DNA of 64,000 bases, from NCBI RefSeq assembly GCF_009914755.1, contig NC_060947.1. The stretch is one strand, 5' to 3'. A program made the position numbers and the translations under genes. The stretch comes from the human T2T-CHM13v2.0 reference genome, Homo sapiens. The number at the start of each line of letters is the position of its first letter. Positions within the stretch are counted from its first letter, which is position 1. Shown one piece after another: positions 27,516-38,231 of this stretch. The notes beneath the pieces were generated by a model. It was not told the origin of the DNA. It saw nothing but the letters and a program-made list of their open reading frames with translations, and did no database searches.

Positions 27516-30500
27516 ACCACAACCATTTTAGACCTCTCTTGACCAGCAATGGGTGGTTTAGATGAGTCTAGAATGGATGCAATAGGTTTTGGCCAGTTTT
27601 GACTAGTCATGGCTGGTTCCAACCAGTCCAGGCTGGTTTGGACTGTCATGGGTTAGACTGACTGTGACTGGCCTCAACTGGTTTAGAGAGATTTTGAACA
27701 GAACTGACCTGTTTAGCCACAACTGGTTTAGTCCGGTTGTGACTGGCCACAGCCAGTTTACACTGGTTTAGACAAGCTGCAACCAGATTTGAATGGTTTT
27801 GACTGGCCATGACTGACTTAGGCTTTGACTGGTTTGAACCATTCTTGGTTGGATGCAACTTGTTTAGACCAGTTTTGGCTGGCCACAACTGGATTAGACT
27901 TTCCACGACCAGTTCAGACCAGCATTGATTGGTCTAGATCAGCTTCAATCAACTTAGGTTGGACTCAACTGTTTTTGTTTGTTGATTTTGTTTTTGAGAC
28001 AGGATCTCACTCTGTTGCCAAGGCTGAAGTGCAGTGGTGCGATCATGGCTCACTGCAGCCTCAACCTCCTGGGCTCAAGTGATTCTCCCACCTCAGCCTC
28101 CTGAGTAACCGGGGCTACGGGCATGTAACACCATGCCTGGCTAATTTTTTGTGATTTTGTGGAGACAGGGTTTTGCCATGTTGCCCAGGCTGGTCTCCAA
28201 CTCCTGGGCTCAAGCAATCCTCCTGCCTTGGCCTCCGGAAGTGCTGGAATTACAGGCTTGAACCACTGCACCTGGCCTAAACTGGGTTAGACTTGTTGCA
28301 AATGGCATAGGCCAGTTGTGCCTGGCGGCAACCAGTTTAAGCTGATTTTCACTGGCCGTGACCAGTTTAGACCAGGTACAACCAGTTTAGATGAGTTTTG
28401 CCCAGATGTAAATGGATTCAACTGGCTGTGACTTGTTTGGATCAGCCTCAAACACACTCTGATGACTACAACAGGAACTGACTGGCCTTGATTGGCCATT
28501 ACTGGCATTGACTGGTTTCAGCTGGCAATGACTGTTAGACCTGTCTTGACTAGCCCTGGGAAGTTTAGATCAGCCTAGACTGGACATGACTGGTTTAGGC
28601 CAGTTTTGACCAATCAGGGTTAGTTCTGACCAGTCTAGGCTGGTTTGGACTGGTCATAAATGGCTTAGGCAGGTTATGACTGGGCTCAACTGGCTTCGGG
28701 TGGTTTTTTTCCAGCCCTCAACAAGCTTAGGCCGGTTTCAGCAAGCCCAGCCACACTGTTTTATATAGGTTTACACCATCAACAATTGGATTTGGCTGGT
28801 TTTGACTGTCACTGGCAACAACTGGTTGAGTCATGTGTCAGCTGGTTTTGACCAGTTTTGTCTGGCTACAGTCATTTCTACTAGCCACAAGGGGTTTAGA
28901 TTGGTTGCATTATGATGTGACTGGTTTTGAATGCCCACTACCAGTTCAGAGAAGCATCAAGTGGTTAAAACCAGTTTTGACCAGTTTAGACCAGCTGCAA
29001 CCACATTTGACCAGTTTACACAAGGCAGAAGATGTTTGGGTATATCTCAACCATCTTGAACTGGTTTGGACCTGCCACAACTGGTTTTAGCAGGTCTTGA
29101 CCAGCTTGAACTGGTTGTGACCAGCTGAAACTGGTTTTGGCTGTTTTTGACTGGCCGTGATTTGGTGAGACTGGCCACAATGAGATTTGAACAGGTTTTT
29201 CCAGGAGCGACCAGTTTAGATGAGTTTAGACTGGACCTGACCAGTTCAGGCCAGTTTTGACCAGTTCCTACCAGGTCCACTTAGGTTGTTGTGACCAGTC
29301 TAGGCTGGTTTAGACTGGCCACAATTGGTTTAAAACTGTTGTAACTGGCCTTGACTTGTTTTGAGTGTTTTTGACCAGTCTCTACTGGTTTAGACTGGTT
29401 TTGACTGGTCACAACCTGATTAGACTGGTTTAGACTGTCTGCAACTTGATTTAGCCAATTTCACCTGGACACAACTGGATTTGACTTTTTGACTGGCAAT
29501 ATCTGTTTAAAGTAGGCCTCTACCAGTTTAGACTGGTTTGACTAGCTGCATCCAGTTTAGACCAGTTTTGTCTGGCATAACTGGCTTTGACCCCCTACAA
29601 TCAGTTTAGGTCAGTTTCAAGTGGTTACAACTGGTTTATCCTGGCCATGACTGGTTTAGACCAGCCACAGTGGGATTTAATAAATTTTGACTGGCCATAA
29701 CCCATTCAGATGGCACTGGCTTCTTCAGACTGGCCTCAATCAGTTTAGGCTGGCCACAATCAGACTCAATTGGTTTAACTGGCTATACCAGATTTGGCCA
29801 GTTTGGACTGGCCATGACTTGTTTAGACTGGCTTTGACTGGTATAGACCAGCTACAAATAGATTAGACATATTTTGAGTTTTCATAAATAACTCTGGACT
29901 TTACATGACCAGATTAGACCAGTTTCGACTGGTCATGGCTAGTTCTAATCCCTCCAGGCTAGTTTTAGTTTGGTTGTAACTGACCTTGGCCACTTTACAC
30001 CAGTTTTGAATGTCTATACCAGTTTAGACTTGCTGCCATCATTTTAGGCCAGTTTTGAGTGTCCACAAGCCACAACAGGGCCTAACCTTTTTTGACCAGT
30101 CATGACAAGTTTAGATTGGCCTGGACCAGTTTAAACTGTTTTTTGACTAGCCGCAACTGATTTGGGCTGGGTTCAACTTGCCACAACTGGTTTTGAATGG
30201 CCACAACTGGTTTAGACCAGCCACAGCTGGTTTAGACTAGCTTCAACTGGTTTCAAGCAGCCACAACTGGTTTAGTCTAAATTTGGTGTAGCCAGCTTAG
30301 TCTTTGTTTTGCCCAGCGGCCACCAAATTCAACTGTTTTTGATGGCCCACAATTGGTTTGGACTGACTTCAACTGGTTTCAACTCCCATGACAAATTTAT
30401 AATGATTTTGGTTGGCAAGGACTGGTTGTTTCAGGATTTGACCAGCCATAACCATTTTAGACTGGTTTTGACTGGCCAGGACTGGTTTAGATGGTCTAGA

Positions 30501-30976
30501 TTGGCTTCAGTCTATTTAGACTTGTTTTGGCTAGTCATCACAGGTTCTGACTGGTTTCTATGGCCACAGCAGCTTTATACTCATCACAATTGATCTAAAC
30601 TAGTTTTATCTGGAAACCACCAGATAAACTTGTTTTGACTGGTCAGTACCAGTTTAGACTGGCTTAGACCAGTTTTGACCAGCTTCAGCTGGCTTTGGCT
30701 GTCCATAACTGGTTTCTAATGTTTACAACTAGTTATGAATGGTTTTGTCTATAATGGTTTCTACTGGTTTTGGCTGGTTGTGACTTGTTTTAACCAGTTT
30801 CATTTTTAACTGGCTTTGATCAGCTTCTACTGGCTTTGACTGGCTGTGACTTGTTTCTGTTCATTTTGGCTGGTTGCAATGAGTTTTGCCATGACTGGGT
30901 TCAACTGGCTTTGACTACCTTTGATTGTCAATGACTATTGGTGTCCTTTAGTCACCAGCAGTGTCCCCTGGTGACT
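27516..30976. repeat. Degenerate 10-bp-unit tandem array (ACTGG/ACCAG + TTTAG/TTTTG/CCACA), ~3.1 kb excluding the Alu
   Basis: e.g. 30181-30275: CCACAACTGG TTTTGAATGG CCACAACTGG TTTAGACCAG CCACAGCTGG TTTAGACTAG CTTCAACTGG; CTGG/CCAG recur every 10 bp. Confidence 0.93.
27972..28277 (-). mobile_element. AluJ inserted in the decamer array
   Basis: J-diagnostic GATCATGGCTCACTGCAGCCTCAACCTCCTGGGCTCAAG; array units on both sides. Confidence 0.92.
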
Positions 30977-31214
30977 GGTCATGAACAGCCATAGCACAGT
31001 AGCAGCACATGGTGTTGTTCATGTGTTCGTGTGTTCACTATGTGGCTGATTGAGGCTAGGGCAGGTCTTTGCATGTTTTCTTCAAAGGCTTGACTAGACA
31101 CACCTACATCACATTAGATACTTAATGATCTGGCAGAGTACACTTTTCCATTGGGGGATGGAAAGATTAAGCCACCTGGGGCATCAGCAAGGGAGGATAG
31201 GGGCTATGGGGATG

Positions 31215-31420
31215 GCTGCCAGAGCCAGATTCCATGGGGTTGAATCCTGTTCTGCCACTTCCTAGTTGTGTGACTTTGGCAAGTCACTTAACTACTCTGC
31301 TCTTCTGTTTCCTGATCTGTAGATGGGGATGATAATAGGACCTAGTTCATGGAGTACTTGTAAGGATCAAATGAGAACATGCCTAACACAAGTCCCACAT
31401 CAGTAATATATAATAATAAT
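31215..31420 (+). mobile_element. MIR
   Basis: GGGTTGAATCCTG..CTGCCACTT..AGTTGTGTGACTTTGGCAAGTCACTTAAC..CTGTAGATGGGGATGATAATAG. Confidence 0.85.
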
Positions 31421-32927
31421 CCTTATTATTTTATGTGATAATATACTGATATACTACTGATGCTTCTACTATATAAGATTTCTTAGTTTCATTTTCTATC
31501 TTCTGCCATGTTGTTATCTCAAATAGGGAATTGGATTTGTAGATATTTGCTGCTCTGCTACATCCAGGTGATGAACAGAGACTATTGGAGAAGCTGAGGG
31601 CCCAAATACAGTGCTTTCTCCTCACACTCACAAGGTCTGAGATACATCCAGGCTAAGACCTTGGGGGTCACCCAAGGGTTGGGACATGAATAAACACTTC
31701 AAAATATTAAAACCCATCTGATTATGCCATGAGTGAATATGTTCCACCTGATAACAAAATGAGTTGAAAGTCAGAAACAAGCAAACATGCACAAACAAAA
31801 TCCAGCATTGTCAGAACGGCCCGGTCAAAGTATTTGTTTTGTGGATTAGGGGAAAGAATTAAGGCCCAGAAATGAGGAAAGGGTGTATGTTTTTCAGTGT
31901 GTTGGGAGAAACACAATGTCTGAAAATCATGAGGTTAATCATATATTAAAATACTTGAGACCAGAAGGATCTACCCCACCTGTGGGGTTTGAAAGGTTTG
32001 TTTGAATGGCTTTCTGCCTCTCATTAGCAGTCAGTTTACAGTTCACATCTTTCTGCTGGGTTCAAGGGGTCCTCTCATGATGCACAGGATGCACACTTCA
32101 GGTTCAGATGGCTACACTATTCCTTTTTGGTTCTGGTTTTATACATTTTCCAGGGCTTATCTACAGAGAAATTTCATGCCCAGATTCCAATCACAGAAGG
32201 AGTCTGCCTTTAACGATTTGGTTAATGCCCTTAACATTTTAAACAATCTCAACTCTGCCCATTTAGTATAATTTAAACAATGGAAGCCAAAAGTTTTAAT
32301 TAACTAACATAAATTGTTTCCCTACTAATAAATTTCCTGGAACTCTTAATACATACTTTCTATTAATAGCTTGAGATAAGATACTGTTTGGGAGATATTG
32401 AACCAATATATTTTCTGTTTCCATAACCTTTAGTTCCAAATCGTCCTACAGCTTCAAGGACAGTAAGCCCCACTTAACGGTCCAAGGTGATAATGTTTTT
32501 CCTGTTGGAAAACATTGGATATAGAAGATATTCCAGGCTTGGGATGTTGGTTGTGAGACTTGCTGCTTTAGAGTAGGGGTATAATGTAGATGATCCTTTC
32601 TGGTTCTCATGAATTATGCAAAGACGTAGTGGAAAATCAGTGCAGCTGACTCAGGCTCTAGATGTTTCTTTCTACTTCACCATCAAGGGAGTGGATCCTA
32701 GGCAATAACTGACATTCTCATATAGGTTTAATGCTTCCAACATATCTCATCCCATACTTAGAGCAGCAAATCATCCCTCCTGATATTTCTAAGGCCCCTC
32801 TTTCTCCTTATTTCTTTGAGTTTGGATTGGGTTGGGGGAGAGGCTGAGGTGGGTGTGGATAAGAGACTTCCCTTGTTTTCTTCCCTCTCCTTTTCCCTTA
32901 CAATATACCAAGACCTGAAGGGGTGGC

Positions 32928-33268
32928 ACATTAGTTTATTAGGGCTGTCATAACAAAATGCCACAGACTGAGTGACTTAAACAGATGTCTTACAAGTTTG
33001 GTGGCTGTAAGTCTACAATCAAAGCGTCTGCAGGATTGGTTTCTCCTGAGGCTTCTCTTCTTGGGTAGTAGATGGCCACTTTCCTGCTGTATCTTCACAT
33101 GATATTTCCTCTGCAAAGGTACAACCCTGATGTCTCTCTGTATGTCCAAATTTACTCTTAATAACCTCTTTAAAGGCCTTATCTCCAAATACAGTCACAT
33201 TCTGAGATACTGGGGATTATAGCTTCAGTAAAGAATTTGCAGAGTGGCACAATCCAGCCCATTAATAG
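32928..33268 (-). mobile_element. MLT1A/A0 LTR
   Basis: AGGGCTGTCATAACAAAATGCCACAGACTGAGTGACTTAAAC..TTAAAGGCCTTATCTCCAAATACAGTCACATTCTGAG. Confidence 0.85.
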
Positions 33269-33788
33269 GTAGGGTTTTGCTTTATAACCTCTATCACATC
33301 CTTGTATTACATGACAGTAAACTTTAGGTCATGAATAGAAGTGGATTTTTTTTTACCCTGTGAAAGGAGCTCTATCCTAGCTCTTGAACTCACACCTTCA
33401 AGACTGGGATTAATTAAGAGGAAAATATATCAGTTTAATGTCTACCAATATTATTTCCACCATAGACTTAGTACCACCTACCAGGGATTGCTGCTGGCAC
33501 CAGGTCTCAAAGATCTGCAACAGAAGAGAGGGAAACTGAGACAGACATTTCTAAAGAGAAACTAGATGGTCTATAGAGAAGAAGACATTTTAGTTTATTA
33601 TTTGGAAACTACGTGCAAAAGCTCTATATCTTGGTCTCACCTGTAGAAGAAAGCTTAGAGCCAGGTCTTTGTCTGAAAAAGATATTGAGGTTTATTCTAT
33701 TTAAAGTCAGGTGACCAGAGAAAGGAAATGAGTGACAGTATCCTCAACACCCAAAGAAATCAAGATCATTGGGCTGAACAGTGTAAAA

Positions 33789-34326
33789 CTGAGCAATCCA
33801 ATATGGTAGCCCCCAGATGCATGTAATTACAATTATGTGCTGCATAATGAACTTTTGGTCAATGACTGACTACATATAGGACAGTGGTCCCATAATATTA
33901 TAGTACTGTATTTTTACAGTATTTTTTCTGTGTTTAGATACACAAGTACTTAACCATTTTTTATAGCTGCCTACAGTTTTCAGTACGGTCACATGCTGTA
34001 CAGGTTTGTATCCTTGGCAACATAGGCTATACCATGTAGCCTAGGTGTGCAGTAGGCTATACCATCTAGGTTTCTGTAAGTACACTCTATAATGTTTCCA
34101 CAATGATGAATCACCCAATGACATATTTCTCAGAATGTATATCTATCATTAAGTGATATATGACTATAATTAAAGAAACTAAAATAAATTTCAAGGTTCA
34201 GTTTCTCAGCTGCACTAGCCACATTTCATATTCTTAAGTAATCATATATTCCTAGTGTCAACCATATGGAGGAGAACAGATAAATAATATTTCCATGATT
34301 GTAGTAAGTTCTATTAGTTGACATTA
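33789..34326. mobile_element. MER3 (hAT-Charlie MITE) split by Tigger3a
   Basis: TCCAATATGGTAGC on the left; GCACTAGCCACATTTCA..TTTCCATGATTGTAG..AAGTTCTATT on the right. Confidence 0.65.
33830..34166 (+). mobile_element. Tigger3a/MER7A (TcMar-Tigger MITE)
   Basis: TA-CAATTATGTGCTGCATAATG...ATATGACTA-TA; AGGCTATACCATGTAGCCTAGGTGTGCAGTAGGCTATACCATCTAGG; TA TSD. Confidence 0.88.
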
Positions 34327-34759
34327 ATAAGTAATTTTTTGATGTATGGTGAAATTAGCATCTACATTGGTTGGAGCTTTGATTATCTGTGTTAACTGAA
34401 TCTTGAACCCTTCACTGATGGTCTGGTTTCCCAACAAAGAATTTTCAACCATGTAGAAACCCCCCACTTCCATGGGAACCAAAAGTCTCATGGTATTCAA
34501 AATGCTTGAACATCACCGTCCATGAAGAAGAATCAGATAATATGTTCCCCCATTACTCCCCATCTCAGTAGCTCATCTGTTTCCTTTTTAAACCTGTGTG
34601 CAGTATTTTAAGTATCTTTATTATATATTCTTCCCCTCATCTAATGTAGGGTAAGCTCCATGAAGGCAGAAGCTGTCTTCCACCTGGTTCAGCAGTGTCC
34701 CCAGAACTGGAAACCTATGTGAAAGAATGGCAAGCTGTGGAGAACTCTTTGGATGTGTT

Positions 34760-34950
34760 ATTTTATTTGATTTGCACAGCATCCTAATAAAGTTGCTCAT
34801 ATCTCCATTTTAGATAGAAGGAAAAAAATATCCTGAGACTCAGTTAGTTTGGATAAATCACTTGCCCAAGATCAAACAGCTATTGAATTACAGTTGTAGT
34901 ATTTGAACCCATATTTGTCTGACACCAAAACATGAATGCGTTACTACTTG
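34760..34950 (-). mobile_element. MIR
   Basis: CCATTTTAGATAG..GAGACTCAG..CACTTGCCCAAGATCAAACAGC..TTTGAACCC. Confidence 0.7.
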
Positions 34951-35624
34951 ACTACTTGATATTCTGTTCTCTTGAACTATGTAAACTGGGGACAAAGTTA
35001 AATAGCTGCCTAAATCTTTTTTTTTTCCCTGAAGGAATTTATTCAACAAAGAGCCATACTCAAAATAAGAAAAATAGTAATTTACCTCTCTACAGGGAAT
35101 ATTTTAGCAGGTCAAATAATTAAATTTTAGGGGACAATCTTTGTCTGTGAGAGTTGAACAGGATCTATTTGCCGTTTAAAAGAAACAGCCAGAAGCACAG
35201 TTTAATAAAATGGGATAATACTACAATATGCAGGAATAAGTTCACCATCAGACATTTAGAATCTAATCCATTCCCTGATTTATAATTAAGCAATCAGAAA
35301 ACAGTTTGGGGGCACTTACCATGTGTCAATCAATACAACCTTGTGTTAGAAGAGTTACAAAGACACAGTCTCTGCTCTCAAGGGGTTTAAAATCTAATGG
35401 GAAAGACAATCTTGTAAACGACTAAAGGAAATACAAATCTGAGTAAAATAAGAACTAAAAAAAAACTCAAGGTTTTTTTGAAACGCAATTTTTAGTTTCA
35501 GTTCTGAGTATACACATGCATTAAGTATTTGAAAAGCTTGACAATTTTTGAACAGTCATTTTATATTACTAAGTCAAATGCAAACCCTACTTTTTTATTT
35601 GCCAGGTACCTGTAGGTATATGAG

Positions 35625-35915
35625 ACAGAGAAACTGTGGAATGGTGTTTAAGAGGGAGGCTTGTAATGGTACCAACCAGCATTCCAGTTCCAGCTCTATG
35701 CTATCAACCAGCTGTGTCTTCTTGGGCAAGTTCATTATCTCTCTAAACCTTTCTCTTCTTTTTTTTTTTTCTTTTCTTTTTTTTTTTTTTGGTGAAAGAG
35801 GATAATAACGGGGTCTGACTCCCAGGGTTTGGGGGAATATTAAATGAGAAGTGCCTATAAAAGTTTCAGGGTTTCTGGCACTTGGTGAGTTCTCAATGGT
35901 ATTAGCTATCATTAT
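35625..35915 (+). mobile_element. MIR with an internal poly(T) tract
   Basis: TGGTGTTTAAGAG..CCAGCTGTGTCTTCTTGGGCAAGTT..ATTAAATGAG..CTGGCACTTGGTGAGTTCTCAAT. Confidence 0.75.
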
Positions 35916-36599
35916 CAGGATGGTAGACAAGATTGCAAGTGCTGTTGGGCTCTTTATAAAATACAGAAACGTGCATATTGTGTTGACAAAAAAAAGTACC
36001 TGACAAAAAGTCATATACCATTAAGCTCTACTTCCTGCTCTGCTGCTTTCCACTCAAGTGACTATAGACAATATATTAACTCTATATATTCAAAACAGAG
36101 ATATTTTAGCAATAAATGCTGTTTCCCCTCACTTTCTAAGATAGCTGCGGGAAGGCAGTGAAGGTGGAAACTGTCCACACACATGGATACCCACATAAGA
36201 TTTGTTTGATAAACTATTTATTCCCAGATAAACCAAAAGCTGTTTGATTCTGCATATTTAAATTTGTTTATAATATGTTATAGATTCTGGGAACTCAGAA
36301 ACAAAATGCTATTTCTAGTGTATATGATTGTTTTATTTTCATTAAAGTTCAGATGGCCTTTATAAATTTCATGATTGAAATATGTCAGACAACTACCCAT
36401 GCATCCCGAGGTGATCTCAGTTTCTCCAAGGGTTTCAACTGTCTATGTACTAATGTCCTCAAATGGAATTATCCAGCCATAGATCCCCTTCTTGTTTGTA
36501 CAAATAAGTCCTTTATCATAAAAACTTCAAATTTCCTTTGTCCCAGGTGGCATTCATTGTTTTGCTACACAAGTCATTCCTTAGTGCTACCACATCAGA

Positions 36600-36836
36600 C
36601 AGTGGTTCCCGATTGGGAATCATTTTGCTGCCATTCCCCAGTGAACATTTGACAATGCCTGGAGATACTTTTTGTTGTCACAACTTGGGGGAAGGCAGTT
36701 GCTACTAGTATCTAGTGGGTAGAGGCCAAGGATACTGCTAACCATCCTATAATTCTCAGGAAAAACATTCCCCACTCCCCATGACAAAGAATTGTCTGGC
36801 CCCAAATGTCAATAGTGCTGCAGTTGAGAAACCTTG
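36600..36836 (+). mobile_element. MER20
   Basis: CAGTGGTTCCC..ACATTTGACAATGCCTGGAGA..TCTAGTGGGTAGAGGCCAAGGAT..AAATGTCAATAGTGC..GTTGAGAAACCTTG. Confidence 0.9.
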
Positions 36837-36844
36837 ATATTTAG

Positions 36845-37740
<896 letters not shown>

Positions 37741-37801
37741 AAAGTTTAAGGTCAAACTAAAATTTTTAGAATATTACCTAATAAGTTAAAAAAAACCACA
37801 T

Positions 37802-38231
37802 GGCCATATTAGAGTGTCAGCAGGAAACAGAACACTAAGGTTAAATAATTTGAAGATAATGTAATAAAGGAAATCTTTACATAGGGGTAGAAAACAGGGA
37901 TAAAATGCAGTGAATTGGCATTAGTCATATCAGGTAGGTATTGCCACCATGGCCTAAACAAGTGAGGTAGCCAGGTAGGGAGCTGTTAGTGGACTTACGG
38001 AGGGAGGGTGGGGCAGGGGTGAGAGAGAGAGAGAGAAGAGAGAGAGAAGGCTTCCAGACAGTAGCTTTTAGGTCTCCTCCTGTGACACCTTTGGCCAAAC
38101 CCAATCACAAGTGAGAAGGCAAGGGAATGTATCCATGTAGTCCATACAGATCAGGTCCCATGTAGCAAAAACAGAATGGAGAAGGATGGAAAGTACATCT
38201 GGATGGGTCAAATGGAATATATCCAGCCCAA
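37802..38231 (-). mobile_element. LTR33-like ERVL solo LTR
   Basis: GCAGGAAACAGA..TAATTTGAAG..TAATAAAGG..TTGGCCAAACCCAA..GGCAAGGGA..ATCTGGA..CAAATGGAATATATCCAGC. Confidence 0.7.

Noticed and set aside
27646-30593. Repetitive-protein ORFs in the array (27646-27906, 28287-28508, 28833-29090, 29047-29280, 30309-30593)
   Set aside because: The 10-bp period is not a multiple of 3, frames are short with frequent stops on both strands, and no splice structure is evident; these are by-products of the repeat
27516-30976. CRISPR-like array interpretation of the decamer repeat
   Set aside because: No constant 23-47 bp repeats with unique spacers, no cas genes, and the context is primate DNA with Alu and L1
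35548-36014. 139-aa minus ORF with a poly-Lys NLS-like stretch
   Set aside because: Derived from a poly(T) tract inside a MIR
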